From: a virus
Lineage: Duplodnaviria; Caudoviricetes
Direction: 5' to 3' (one strand)
DNA length: 39,082 bases
Virus record (IMG/VR): IMGVR_UViG_3300032277_000025
Location: 1-39,082 of that record
Of the stretch, positions 26,768 through 37,016 are shown piece after piece. Below the pieces are notes generated by a model. That model was not told the origin of the DNA, made no database searches, and worked only from the letters and a program-made list of their open reading frames with translations. The translations under genes were made by a program, and so were the position numbers. Positions within the stretch are counted from its first letter, which is position 1, and each line of letters begins with the position of its first letter.

Positions 26768-27135
26768 GTTTAAACATGCAGGGCCATATCGACGGTGATT
26801 TTAAATCGGTGTCTGCCAGCAGAATATCGAGGACTGGCGGCGGATATGTTGATGGTTTCCCGGTTAAGGGCATTGAAAAAAAATCGCCTCATACCGTAAA
26901 CGTACAGCCATTAACGCAGCGAGAAATAAGCAACCTAAAAACAGGCGGGCGCAGAATATCCGACTATCGGAAAATTTACGTTAACGATGGCGTATTGGCA
27001 GAGATTAGTGAGGCAGATGACTGGATGTTTGATGCCAACAGAAGGGGGGCAGAGCGATACGAAACAGTCTCAATGGATAATCGGCCATGGCGGAATTATT
27101 GCAAGATTGTGGTGGTGTTGCGTGACGAACAATGA
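26764..27135 (+). CDS. Head-closure/neck protein
   Basis: VNVQP, DNRPWRNYCK; synteny. Confidence 0.75.
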   Translation: MSLNMQGHIDGDFKSVSASRISRTGGGYVDGFPVKGIEKKSPHTVNVQPLTQREISNLKTGGRRISDYRKIYVNDGVLAEISEADDWMFDANRRGAERYETVSMDNRPWRNYCKIVVVLRDEQ

Positions 27136-27685
27136 GCTTTTTTCGGTTATCCGGAAGATCGTCATGCTTGTCACCGAGCTGGGTGATGGCAACGTCGTCA
27201 TCAGAGACCCTGATTTAGGTTCGCCGTCTGGCGAATATTGCGCAATTGAAGTGGCTGGACCCGCGAGAGCATATGCAAAAGGCGGGCAGCGGTTTACGAA
27301 TATTGGCCCGGTATCATCTCCAATAGGTGATGTATATGACGTTAATCATGAGGTCAGACAGCATGTTTTGCGTGAGGTCTCGTTAAACTTTTACCGAGGG
27401 ACGGCAAACGATCACGCAATAAAAATGCTGGGTGCAGCAAAACGAGTTGATGCCCACAGTCTGCTGCTGACTAATAACTTGGGGTGGATATCAGTTGGAC
27501 CGGTCAACGATTTAACGGCTTTGCAGTCTGGCAGCCATGAGCAGCGAGCAGAAGTCACAATCACCATTGCCAGCCTGGAAACACAAAACGTGCAGTCAAA
27601 CGCAATTTATAACGTCCCTTTATCCGTACAAAACGAAAACGGAATAGAGACAGGAACAGAAACAATAACAGCACCACCGGAGTAG
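27122..27685 (+). CDS. Tail terminator/neck protein
   Basis: GTG start (MTNNELF); SLNFYRG, VNDLTAL...EQRA; precedes sheath. Confidence 0.75.
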   Translation: MTNNELFSVIRKIVMLVTELGDGNVVIRDPDLGSPSGEYCAIEVAGPARAYAKGGQRFTNIGPVSSPIGDVYDVNHEVRQHVLREVSLNFYRGTANDHAIKMLGAAKRVDAHSLLLTNNLGWISVGPVNDLTALQSGSHEQRAEVTITIASLETQNVQSNAIYNVPLSVQNENGIETGTETITAPPE

Positions 27686-27688
27686 AAC

Positions 27689-28828
27689 ATGAGCTACGAC
27701 GTAAATAATATCATCAGAGTAGTTACCCAGCTGTCTCCCGGCGGCTTGGCTTTTGCCAATTTTGGATTGGCGATGCTCTTTTCACCGGAGTCAGAAAAGC
27801 CCGCAGGCATGGCGGTTGATACGTTCCGCGTTTACAGCAATCTGTCTGACGTACAGGCCGACTTTGCCGACACAACGGAAACCTACAAAGCGTCTGCACG
27901 ATGGCTGTCAATGATTCCGCAGCCGCGAGAGCTGAGGATTTATGTTCGGTCTGATTTGACTGCCCTGGATACAGTCCTGACCACGCTGGGTAAAGCCGCC
28001 GATGTAACATGGTGGTATTGGACATTTTTTACCAAAGACGTTTATGCAGATGAGGCTAATTTCTCCGCCCTTGCTGTATGGGCAGACGCAAATTCCCGCT
28101 TTGTACCCAATTGCTCAGTGTCCGCCGACATCCGCAACCCGGCATTGTCAACAGACATTGCATCGGTGTTAACAACGGCTGGTAGTCGTCGCACATACAC
28201 GTTTAGTAATGCCCAGGATGATTACGCCGGAATCAGCCTTGCCGCGCTCTATGCAGCGGTTAACTACAACCAGGCGCGCAGCACGATCACTGGAGAGTTC
28301 AAAAAGCTGCCCGGCGTACCTGCTGAATCGTTAACGGCGACAGAATACGCCGCAATGAGGCTGCCAACGAAAAAAGCTGTCTTTTACACGCAGGTTGATT
28401 TGCAGGGCGCTATCGATAATGGCCGGGTCATCAATTCGATCACTCATTCAACGTTTAACGAATACGTGGATGATGTTGTTAATCTGGATGCGTTTGTCAA
28501 CAACATCAAAGTGTCTCTTTTCAACGCTGTTGCAAACCAGACTACAAAGCTGCCGCAAACGCCAGCGGGTCAGGCGCTGCTGATTGGCGCAGCCCAAGAG
28601 GTTGCCGAGCAGTACATATCAAATGGCTATCTTGGCCCTCGCAACTACACCGACCCTGATGATGGGGTTGATAAGTTCACGGCGGGCTACGAAATGCTGA
28701 CAAAGCCAGAAGACATCCTTGACCTGTCGGACAGTGAGCGCGGGGAACGGCAGTCTGCCCCCATAAGGTTGAGAGTGTTTCGTGCGGGCGCGGTACACCT
28801 TGTTGATATCAATGTAGACGTTTACTGA
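27689..28828 (+). CDS. Tail sheath protein (DUF3383)
   Basis: FKKLPGV, KLPQTPAGQ, R..RQSAPI...AGAVH. Confidence 0.9.
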   Translation: MSYDVNNIIRVVTQLSPGGLAFANFGLAMLFSPESEKPAGMAVDTFRVYSNLSDVQADFADTTETYKASARWLSMIPQPRELRIYVRSDLTALDTVLTTLGKAADVTWWYWTFFTKDVYADEANFSALAVWADANSRFVPNCSVSADIRNPALSTDIASVLTTAGSRRTYTFSNAQDDYAGISLAALYAAVNYNQARSTITGEFKKLPGVPAESLTATEYAAMRLPTKKAVFYTQVDLQGAIDNGRVINSITHSTFNEYVDDVVNLDAFVNNIKVSLFNAVANQTTKLPQTPAGQALLIGAAQEVAEQYISNGYLGPRNYTDPDDGVDKFTAGYEMLTKPEDILDLSDSERGERQSAPIRLRVFRAGAVHLVDINVDVY

Positions 28829-28839
28829 GGGTTTATGCA

Positions 28840-29247
28840 GTGGAAAATTTAAGCACTGAAAATAATGTCATCACGGTGAACGGCAGAATCATGACCAACT
28901 GGGGTGAGACTGATCCGGCATTAGTGGTATCTCCCATTGACCCAAAGAGCGTGCTGCGCAGGGGGCAGGGTGGCGGTGCCGTGAGGCTGGACCGGTCGAA
29001 CCCAGGCAAGACGATCACGCTGAACATGGACCCGGCATCGGCGGATAGCGGATTTCTGATGGGACTGTTTAACTCAAACACAAACATCACGCTGTCGCAC
29101 GTTGTTATCGGCACGTTGGAGGGTGGCATTTACACCGAGGGCGTCATGGTCAACGTCGGCGACCACAACCGCATTGGACAAACGATATCCGATGACCAAT
29201 ACATCATCGAATTTAATTCATTCAACGAAACCAAGGGTGGTCTGTAA
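28840..29247 (+). CDS. Tail tube protein
   Basis: 135 aa directly after sheath; VITVNGR, RGQGG. Confidence 0.82.
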   Translation: MENLSTENNVITVNGRIMTNWGETDPALVVSPIDPKSVLRRGQGGGAVRLDRSNPGKTITLNMDPASADSGFLMGLFNSNTNITLSHVVIGTLEGGIYTEGVMVNVGDHNRIGQTISDDQYIIEFNSFNETKGGL

Positions 29248-29630
29248 TGTCGCACATACACAAAATCATTATTGGCAAAGACCAGTTTAATTTGGTCGAG
29301 GCGACAGCACCGAAACAACGCGAGCTGTTAACGCTGGTGGGTGGGCGTATAGCCCTTCATCAGGCAGCATCAGGTATTGATATTGATGATCACATGATCG
29401 TCGGCCAGCTCCTGTCTATGCCTGAAGATAAATTAAATAAGGTATCGGATATCGTTCTCTGGAAAACTGCGTTAAACGGTGCCGATAAAAACATATCCGT
29501 TGATGATTTCCAGGGCATAATGTCCAGCTACTTACTGTTGGTTGCAGGAGGTATACGGTCCAACCTTTTGGATTTTTTCGACTATCTGCAAAATGTAAGC
29601 GCAGAGGCTCGGAAAAATCCAGCGGAATAA
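29247..29630 (+). CDS. Tail assembly chaperone (G-like)
   Basis: Between tube and TMP; ends N..DFF with slippery site. Confidence 0.8.
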   Translation: MSHIHKIIIGKDQFNLVEATAPKQRELLTLVGGRIALHQAASGIDIDDHMIVGQLLSMPEDKLNKVSDIVLWKTALNGADKNISVDDFQGIMSSYLLLVAGGIRSNLLDFFDYLQNVSAEARKNPAE

Positions 29631-29809
29631 CTGACTGGTTCTTCATGCGCCCGTGCGCGGGTGTGCCAAATGTCATTGCGCCTCTTTGCTGCTATCGGGA
29701 AACGCAGGATGGAACGTATAACCTAACCGAAATACTGACATTAAACATTGCCATTGAAGAGGCTGTCAGTGGCTACAAATCAGCAATGAGTGCGGTGCGT
29801 AATGGCTAA
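29573..29809 (+). CDS. -1 frameshift extension of tail chaperone (GT-like)
   Basis: T TTT TTC heptamer at 29573-29579; -1 frame open to TAA 29807-29809 (DWFFMRP...QDGTYNL..I..LN). Confidence 0.7.
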   Translation, partial: FFRLSAKCKRRGSEKSSGITDWFFMRPCAGVPNVIAPLCCYRETQDGTYNLTEILTLNIAIEEAVSGYKSAMSAVRNG

Positions 29810-31025
29810 AACGATATCATCATTGCTTGTCGGGATCGGTTTAGATTTCGATGAGAAATCCACACGGGGCGTAGACTCGTCGTTTGACCGGGTAAAAAGC
29901 AGTGCACTCAAGCTGGGCGCTGTTGTTGCCGGGGCGTTTGGCATTAACCAGCTAACCTCAGGATTTGCCCAGTCGAACGATGCTCTTGGTAAATTTTCCG
30001 AAACATACGGATTGATTGCTAATGATGTGGCTGCGTTTGATCGGGCGCTGCAAAAATCTGGCGGTCAAGCGGGTTCGTTTATTTCTCAAATGGAGGGACT
30101 TGAGCGGCTGCGCGCGGCCACGCGAGTAGGTGATTATGGGTTTCTTGATGCCGCGTCGAAAGCCGGGATTAATACCGGAGCCATCATTGATGCGTCGGAC
30201 GCCACCGAAGCTTATCTGGCGCTGGCCGACCAATTCAATAGCGCATCACTCCAGCAGCGCTTAAACATGGCAGATGCTCTCGGTCTGGATGATGCCAGCA
30301 TTAGACTGCTGAGCACGGGGCGCAAGGAGGTTTCTGCATTGGTTGCTACGGAGAAGCGCAGGCGTCCTGTGACCCGGGGCATGCTAGATATGTCCAGAGA
30401 TTTTAACGACGAATGGCAGGACATGAACACCAATATCGGCAGGGTAGCAGACACTGTGTCCGTGAAATTATTGCCTCACGTAAACAGCCTGCTTGCTGGA
30501 TTTAACGGGTGGTCCGAGGCTAACCAGAAACTGATAGACAGCGGTGTTGATAAGTTTATTGGGGATGTTGCAGAGAACATCGAGCTTATTTCTGTCGGTG
30601 CTGCCGCGCTGGCGGCTCCCGTGCTGCTAAAGGGTTTGGGCGCTGTTGCTGGAGTTTTGGCAACTATCGCAAAACGAACCGCTCCAGGTGCAGCGGGCGT
30701 TGCCGGGTATTTGGCAGGTGGAAAAATACACGATCAGCTACCTATAGAGGCCAGCAACCTAATTGGTCGCGGCATTACTACCGTTCGCTCCGCACTTGGT
30801 CATGATCTTTCGGCGCAGGCACTAAATGCCGAGGATATGGCTAGGGAGATAGCAATAAAGGATCGTCGCAGATCGACACGATCCACCAACGACATGCCGG
30901 AGATTGTTGTTAACGTTAAGCACCAGACAATTTTGGATGGAAAAGTCATAGAGACCACAGTGCGCCGAATCGAAGACGCGGGTTTTGTCACTATGGCCGA
31001 AGAGCTCGGGAGCAACGCGCGATGA
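29802..31025 (+). CDS. Tape measure protein (short)
   Basis: ISSLLVGIG start, Ala/Gly-rich helical; synteny. Confidence 0.85.
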   Translation: MAKTISSLLVGIGLDFDEKSTRGVDSSFDRVKSSALKLGAVVAGAFGINQLTSGFAQSNDALGKFSETYGLIANDVAAFDRALQKSGGQAGSFISQMEGLERLRAATRVGDYGFLDAASKAGINTGAIIDASDATEAYLALADQFNSASLQQRLNMADALGLDDASIRLLSTGRKEVSALVATEKRRRPVTRGMLDMSRDFNDEWQDMNTNIGRVADTVSVKLLPHVNSLLAGFNGWSEANQKLIDSGVDKFIGDVAENIELISVGAAALAAPVLLKGLGAVAGVLATIAKRTAPGAAGVAGYLAGGKIHDQLPIEASNLIGRGITTVRSALGHDLSAQALNAEDMAREIAIKDRRRSTRSTNDMPEIVVNVKHQTILDGKVIETTVRRIEDAGFVTMAEELGSNAR

Positions 31026-31666
31026 GCTTGGCTAGCCTAGCAATACACGAGAGCCCAACACTGGGCGTTGAGCCAGGCGCTATTGTCGAGTTTGATGCGG
31101 TGCTGGAGGACACTCTGGAGGCCGAGGTGACGTATACCCAGTTTCCGATTGAGCTGGGTGCTATAGCATCCGACCACGCGATCATTGAGCCGGTAAAATG
31201 GGTTCTGATTGGGGCGCTATCAAACAACCCGATCAAAGTTGGCGCGATGGATTTTGCGGGTGGACTGATCTCGAACCTGACAGATAGTGCCGCCGCAACG
31301 GCGGCGCTAGGATACGCTGGTTCTTTGGCCGGTAGCGAACAAACTAGATCACAAGAGGCGCTTGGCTTTCTGTTGGCCCTCATGCGTGAGCGCAAGCCTT
31401 TTGAGGTCAACGCGGGCGATAGAATCCTGCCAAACATGGTGATCACCAAAATCACCAGGACAAAAACGGCAGTCAACGAGTCCGGTCTTGAATTCCGAGC
31501 GGAGCTACAGGAGTTGCCAATAATTGAATCAGTGATTAAAAACAGCCAGCCAACACAGAGCCAGTTAGCCGATGGAGACCCTGCGCAATCACAGGCTGCG
31601 GCAGACGTTAACCACGGCGAAGTTTCTGGACGTGCATCCAGTATTGACCTGGGGGCGGTGCGATGA
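31022..31666 (+). CDS. Baseplate/tube initiator (Dit-like)
   Basis: TQFPIELGAIASDHAIIEP, NMVITKI. Confidence 0.82.
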   Translation: MSLASLAIHESPTLGVEPGAIVEFDAVLEDTLEAEVTYTQFPIELGAIASDHAIIEPVKWVLIGALSNNPIKVGAMDFAGGLISNLTDSAAATAALGYAGSLAGSEQTRSQEALGFLLALMRERKPFEVNAGDRILPNMVITKITRTKTAVNESGLEFRAELQELPIIESVIKNSQPTQSQLADGDPAQSQAAADVNHGEVSGRASSIDLGAVR

Positions 31667-31950
31667 TCGAGATACCGTTACAGTCAGGAGCGATAAATTC
31701 ACATCAACGTTTTTCCATTCAGTTGGGAAATAACCTCGTTGATTTTCGGCTTGACTGGAATTACCTGTACAACCGATGGCTGGTCAACATAACGATAGAG
31801 GGCGTTGCGAAACTGTCGGGCGGCGTCCTGGCAGCAGGCGGCACCATCAACCGTAGCGTGACCGACATGGGCCGATTATATTTTGTCGGCGACGATGCAA
31901 CGCTGGATAATCTCGGTCAATCAAATCACTTGGTGTGGGTAGATGAGTAA
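31663..31950 (+). CDS. Baseplate plug-like protein
   Basis: MIEIPL, QRFSIQL, W.V.I, DNLG. Confidence 0.75.
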   Translation: MIEIPLQSGAINSHQRFSIQLGNNLVDFRLDWNYLYNRWLVNITIEGVAKLSGGVLAAGGTINRSVTDMGRLYFVGDDATLDNLGQSNHLVWVDE

Positions 31951-32812
31951 TTTCCTTCGCCAATACAGCCTCACGCTGGGGGAAGGTGACAACAGCCCCG
32001 TCATAGGGCTCAGCGAGGACCGTACTTTGCGCACCACGTTTGATGTGACTCATGAGTGGGGTGGCAATAGATCAATGGCAAATATCGCTGTCTACGGGTT
32101 AAGTCGAGCCACTGAAGGGAGGATATTTAAACAGTATGACAAAATATCATTGTCAGCCGGGTACGTTGACTCGATTGGTTTGATATTCGGCGGAGAGATC
32201 AGAAACGTTGTAAAGGAAAGAAATGGGCCGGATCGCATAACACGAATTTTTGCGCTTTCTGAATCGTTTGTCACCGACACAACATCGATATCCGCCTCTC
32301 TTGGGCAGGGTACTACCGTCGTGGATATCATTAAAATTTGCGCAGAGGTGCTGGGCCTCCCGGTCGTCATCCAGGAAGATGATTTTGCCGACGAGCCCGT
32401 GTACGCGCGCGGAAAACCGTTGATTGGTGAACCGATGCCGATCATGCGCAACCTGTCTGATGCTCATGAGTTTGATTTTACAGTTGAGAACGGGCGCTTA
32501 CGAGTATTAAAAAGAGGTTCAGCTCTGTCCAATGCGCCGGTCATTATCGGGCAGGACTCCGGGATGATTGGCTCTCCAGAGGTCACGGAAGTTGGTGCCA
32601 ATGTATCGGTAAACCTGACACCAAAAATCAGGCTCGGGCAAAAGTTTGAAATAGACAGCCGGACGCCACAGGTCTCGATCAGCAGCGTGCTTTATCAAAA
32701 TATCCAGACCACGGTGGACGTGGGCACCTATACGGCTATGGAAATAAACCACACTGGTGATACGCACAGCGATAATTGGGAAACGAAATTGACAGGGCAC
32801 CGTTTTGGATAA
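31943..32812 (+). CDS. Baseplate hub protein
   Basis: IAVYGLS, LSAGY, IFGGEI, GMIGSPE, HTGDT. Confidence 0.82.
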   Translation: MSNFLRQYSLTLGEGDNSPVIGLSEDRTLRTTFDVTHEWGGNRSMANIAVYGLSRATEGRIFKQYDKISLSAGYVDSIGLIFGGEIRNVVKERNGPDRITRIFALSESFVTDTTSISASLGQGTTVVDIIKICAEVLGLPVVIQEDDFADEPVYARGKPLIGEPMPIMRNLSDAHEFDFTVENGRLRVLKRGSALSNAPVIIGQDSGMIGSPEVTEVGANVSVNLTPKIRLGQKFEIDSRTPQVSISSVLYQNIQTTVDVGTYTAMEINHTGDTHSDNWETKLTGHRFG

Positions 32813-33461
32813 TCGCCCAGGCATCCGCAGCTCGAAAATGGCGCGCGCATTCCGCGACTCATTTAACGGCCTCATGTCTGCTGTTGGGACATCAGTACCG
32901 GGGCGCATTTTGTCCTTTGATAGCAACACGCAGTTGGCCGATGTACAGGTGTCAATAATGCTCAGCACTGTTGATGGCGATGTTGCCCACCCACCAATCA
33001 TTTCGGTTCCGGTGCATTTTTCCGGTGGCAATGAATTCCACATCGAACACCAGATCGACCCCGGCGACGAAGGAATCATAATTTTTTCACAGCGCTGCAT
33101 TGATGCCTGGGTTGACCAGGGCGGGGATGCCACCCAGACGATTAAACGACAGTTTGATATGGCTGACGCAATGTTTGTGCCTGGGCTCCGTAGCCAGCCA
33201 AACAAGATATCAGGGTTCGACAACAATGGGATTAGGCTCAGAAACAAGGCTGGAGATAATCATATATGGTTAAAAAATGATGGTACGGCAGAAATCACAG
33301 TGAGCAAATTAGTGGTGACCGGGGATATCAACCACATCGGAAACCTGACGCAAACGGGCAACACGACAACATCTGGCACCGTTACAACAGCAGGCAAGAA
33401 CATCACGGTGCACACACATCCGGCCGGCATTCCTCCTGGGGCAACTGGACAAAACACATGA
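32805..33461 (+). CDS. Baseplate spike (Gp138-N/gpV-like)
   Basis: PGDEGIIIFSQRCID.W, DAMFVPG, terminal HTH (H-x-H) iron-binding motif. Confidence 0.9.
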   Translation: MDNRPGIRSSKMARAFRDSFNGLMSAVGTSVPGRILSFDSNTQLADVQVSIMLSTVDGDVAHPPIISVPVHFSGGNEFHIEHQIDPGDEGIIIFSQRCIDAWVDQGGDATQTIKRQFDMADAMFVPGLRSQPNKISGFDNNGIRLRNKAGDNHIWLKNDGTAEITVSKLVVTGDINHIGNLTQTGNTTTSGTVTTAGKNITVHTHPAGIPPGATGQNT

Positions 33462-33811
33462 CGGTACGAAAAATCGAAAACGGTGATATCTCTACCAGCG
33501 GGGTGCATTTTTTGTATGCCGAGGCAGGTATAGAGCAAACAATATCCACCAGAATGATGCTGTGGCGTGGGGAATATTTCCGGAATGTCGCCGATGGTAC
33601 GCCGTGGGCAGAGCGCATTTTAGGTAAAGGTATTTCTTTACAGTCGCGCGAAGTTGCGATTAAACGTCGAATAGAGCAGGCAGCCGGAGTCAGAGAAATA
33701 ATCAGCTTCGAGGCCAGCTTTGATCTTTCTACGCGCACGTATTCCGCCAATGCCAGCGTTATCACCGATACCGGAGAGTTGGTGTCCGTTAATGTCGGGG
33801 ACAGTATCTGA
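33458..33811 (+). CDS. Baseplate wedge protein (gp25/gp46-like)
   Basis: WRGEYF...DGTPW..ILG. Confidence 0.82.
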   Translation: MTVRKIENGDISTSGVHFLYAEAGIEQTISTRMMLWRGEYFRNVADGTPWAERILGKGISLQSREVAIKRRIEQAAGVREIISFEASFDLSTRTYSANASVITDTGELVSVNVGDSI

Positions 33812-35001
33812 TGGCAAAAATTGACGAAACCGGGTTTATCCAAAAAACTCAAAATGAGTATTTTACGGATGAGCGCGCGCGATATTTGGCGATTGACCCG
33901 GCCTGGAATTTGGACCCGTCTACTCCGGACGGGCTGAAGTTGGCGACGGATAGTGAGCTATGGGGAAATCTTGACGAGGCTTTAGCGGCTGCATACAACT
34001 CAAAAGACCCGAACAGAGCTATGGGGGCGGAGCTTGATGCCTTGTTGCAGTTAAGTGGCCTCACTCGATCAACGGGCACCGGGTCGCTTATCACACTATC
34101 TCTGGCCGGTGTTGACGGTACCGTGATACCTGCCGGTAAACGGGCAAAATCCTCCGTCGATGGCTCGCTATGGGCTACTGATGTGGATGTGACGATTGCA
34201 CTGGGTGTTGCAACAGTATCGGCAACATGCGCGGTGCCTGGGGCAACTGCGGCTGACCCAGGAGACATATCGATCATCTCTGATCCGGTTGGCGGGTGGC
34301 AGTCGGTAACCAACCTGTCTGCTGCGTCTGTTGGTATCAACCCAGAATCGGACTCTCTCGCGCGCATACGCAGGCATGCGTCAGTATCAAAGCCCGCACA
34401 AAATCAGGTTGACGCAACGTTTGCAGAGATAGCGAATCTTCCGGGCGTGGCTCGCGTACGCATCTACGAAAATGATACCGGTGTGATCGATGTTAATGGG
34501 CTGCCACCGCACTCTACCAATATCATTGTTGATGGCGGAGACGACACAGAGATAGCCCGGGCCGTTTATGACAAGAGAAATCCTGGACCAATACAGCATC
34601 AAAGTGCCACACCTGTCAATGTGAGCATTACCAGCTCGGTGACGGGCAACACTAAAATAATTCGGTTTGATCGGCCAGCGTATATTGATGCCCTTGTTAT
34701 CGTGTCAGTGACAAATGACGGCAGTCTACCAGGCAATGCTGACCAGTTGATAAAGGATGCAATTATCAATTATTCGACCGGAGAGATTGACGGCGTGGTC
34801 AGCGCGTTTAATCAATCTGGCTACAACATTGGTGATGACGTTAATTCGGGCCAGCTTTACACGCCAGTAAATTCGGTCATCGGCTCTTATGGCCACAGCT
34901 TCGTGACCGGGATAACTGTAAATGCGGGACAGTCTCTAGGTATCGCTTTTAACAGCCTGTCACGGTGGTCTGACGGCAGCATAACCGTGAACATCACATA
35001 A
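33811..35001 (+). CDS. Baseplate J/gp47-family protein
   Basis: TPDG, LDAL, ESDSLARIRR, IYENDT, PPHS..IVDGG. Confidence 0.92.
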   Translation: MAKIDETGFIQKTQNEYFTDERARYLAIDPAWNLDPSTPDGLKLATDSELWGNLDEALAAAYNSKDPNRAMGAELDALLQLSGLTRSTGTGSLITLSLAGVDGTVIPAGKRAKSSVDGSLWATDVDVTIALGVATVSATCAVPGATAADPGDISIISDPVGGWQSVTNLSAASVGINPESDSLARIRRHASVSKPAQNQVDATFAEIANLPGVARVRIYENDTGVIDVNGLPPHSTNIIVDGGDDTEIARAVYDKRNPGPIQHQSATPVNVSITSSVTGNTKIIRFDRPAYIDALVIVSVTNDGSLPGNADQLIKDAIINYSTGEIDGVVSAFNQSGYNIGDDVNSGQLYTPVNSVIGSYGHSFVTGITVNAGQSLGIAFNSLSRWSDGSITVNIT

Positions 35002-35654
35002 TGATAAATCACGTCGAACAAATATTGTCGAGAGTCTACGGGCAATACCAAAACAGCCCTAAACTAAAATCATGGCTCTCGATCAATGGCGAAATAGGAA
35101 ACGAATTACAATCGGCAACAGATGGCGTTGCAGCCTCGTATGACATAGATGCCAGCGAGGGAAAGCAGCTCGATATTATTGGTGACATTGTCGGGATAGG
35201 TCGAGAGGTTATTGGAGACATTCAATTTCCGCCGCATGAATTTGGTGATGAATCCGTTGAGTTTGGTGATCCTGAAGCACAGTTTTCATCACTGGATGTA
35301 GCTAGCAACGAACAGTTGAGTGATGAGTATTACCGGGTTTTAATAAAGGCCAAAATAGTAAAAAACACATCTGATGCGACGCTGGATTCAATCATCACGG
35401 GGATTGAATTTATCCTGCCTAATGGCGCACCAATCACCATTAATGACGATGAGGACATGTCATTTACTATCGACATCTTTGGCTCTGTATCACCGATAGA
35501 GCGGCAAATATTATCGTCAGCAGATGTAGTCCCGCGCCCCCAGGGTGTCCAATTTAGCGGATACAGGGTCATTAGCGATTTGTCAGAAACAGTATCAGAA
35601 TTCGGCGACACTACTGCTGAATTTGGCGATCAAACAGCAGAATATGGGAGTTAA
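35001..35654 (+). CDS. Baseplate wedge protein (DUF2612)
   Basis: QYQNSPKL, GKQLDIIGDIVG, LSDEYYRVLIKAKI, PRPQGV. Confidence 0.88.
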   Translation: MINHVEQILSRVYGQYQNSPKLKSWLSINGEIGNELQSATDGVAASYDIDASEGKQLDIIGDIVGIGREVIGDIQFPPHEFGDESVEFGDPEAQFSSLDVASNEQLSDEYYRVLIKAKIVKNTSDATLDSIITGIEFILPNGAPITINDDEDMSFTIDIFGSVSPIERQILSSADVVPRPQGVQFSGYRVISDLSETVSEFGDTTAEFGDQTAEYGS

Positions 35655-35659
35655 TAATC

Positions 35660-36964
35660 ATGGGAATTATTCGTAACACACAATACACCGGTAGATTTTT
35701 ATCGCCGACCGTGGCATCCCCTCAGGGTAAGTTTAAAAACAGGACAACTGAAACATCCCTGGATGGAACTTACATTGATGAGCTATGGGCAAATGATCAA
35801 GACGCCCTAATTCAGTCGCTGCTTATCTCCAACGAAACAGTGCTGAATGGAAATCCAGATGAAGGTGGAAATTCTCAGTCATACAAAGCCCTTATTGAGC
35901 AGGCACAGGGCAGGGCTTCGTATTTCGTTGAGTCCGCTGGCTCTGCCGCTGATGCCTATGTGGTAGAGGAAACGCCAAATAATCAGCCGCCAGTATCACT
36001 GTTCGATGGAATGTATATAAAGGGCATTTTGGGTTTTGATAATACTGGAGCATCAACAATCAATGCGTTTGGTTTTGGTATTGTTGCGGTTCGTAATTTT
36101 GATGACAGCTTGCTCTCTGAAGGTCAGATAAAATCCGGTGAATTATTCGAGGCGGTGTTTTTTAATTCGTCTTTCAGAATTATTGATCGCAATGAATTTA
36201 ATAATAAATTTCGTGGAAAGCTTTTTAATGGCCTACATGAAAATTTCCACTTAGCATTTCCGCTTCCGGCCAATGCTGATGACGTTAAATATAATTCACA
36301 ATTCGTTTATGTCCAGCCAATACCAGGCGTTACAGCAACGTCTGCCGGTGGAATACTGACAACAACGATGTCGGATGTTGATGTTAGAGGTAAGCAGGAA
36401 TTTGAAATAACCGATGTAAACCATGCTCAGTTTAAAGAGGTTCATCGGCGTTTTATAGCGATAAATGGGACATGGTTACCGTGGGAAAAAATTGCTCCAA
36501 ATTTTAGCGTTTTTGCAACGAACACCGATGGTTCTTCTCTCATAGGAGATTCACTTACATTCAACCAGGAACCGGGAGCAACTGAGGGGTTTTGGCACAC
36601 TATCGGGCGCACCGGTTCAGGCGCAACTATAATTTTTCCGGCGCTCGATTTGGTACCTGTTGACGCGGATTGGGTGGAGATAAAAACGTATATGTTTTCA
36701 AGTAACGCCGCCGCCGGTACTCCCGGCGCTGATTTCTCGGGGACAATATCAGTCAGGCCCCTTGGGTCCATTAGCACCGACGCGGCAAAAACTGTTGCTA
36801 ACTATTTTCGCGTCGTACTTGATGAAACGGGGCAAGGAATAGGGATTTCTCCGGGCGTGTCGAAGGTGAAGTTGATAAATTCACAATTTGAAACTCGGTG
36901 GGACTCATCAATGACCAATAACACGTTTGAGATTATGGTTGTTGGATATGGTTATAACCGATAA
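35660..36964 (+). CDS. Tail fibre protein
   Basis: DGTY....WAND N-terminal anchor, NTGASTIN motif, knob-like GTWLPWEKI; follows baseplate. Confidence 0.85.
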   Translation: MGIIRNTQYTGRFLSPTVASPQGKFKNRTTETSLDGTYIDELWANDQDALIQSLLISNETVLNGNPDEGGNSQSYKALIEQAQGRASYFVESAGSAADAYVVEETPNNQPPVSLFDGMYIKGILGFDNTGASTINAFGFGIVAVRNFDDSLLSEGQIKSGELFEAVFFNSSFRIIDRNEFNNKFRGKLFNGLHENFHLAFPLPANADDVKYNSQFVYVQPIPGVTATSAGGILTTTMSDVDVRGKQEFEITDVNHAQFKEVHRRFIAINGTWLPWEKIAPNFSVFATNTDGSSLIGDSLTFNQEPGATEGFWHTIGRTGSGATIIFPALDLVPVDADWVEIKTYMFSSNAAAGTPGADFSGTISVRPLGSISTDAAKTVANYFRVVLDETGQGIGISPGVSKVKLINSQFETRWDSSMTNNTFEIMVVGYGYNR

Positions 36965-37016
36965 CAAAAATTATTTTTCTATCTTTATTTTTTGAGATTG
37001 AAAAAGGGAGATAGAT

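Noticed and set aside
28835-28852. Frameshift at tail tube start (ATG CAG TGG... stops after 5 codons)
   Set aside because: In-frame GTG at 28840 has a well-spaced GAGGG RBS, so the gene can be intact; a 1-bp loss cannot be excluded
32519-33247. 242-aa antisense ORF and similar shadow ORFs (e.g. 3553-3963, 30991-31476, 33849-34367)
   Set aside because: Fully overlap well-supported genes on the opposite strand, no motifs
35660-36964. Diversity-generating retroelement or invertible fibre cassette
   Set aside because: No reverse transcriptase, invertase or duplicated template region seen
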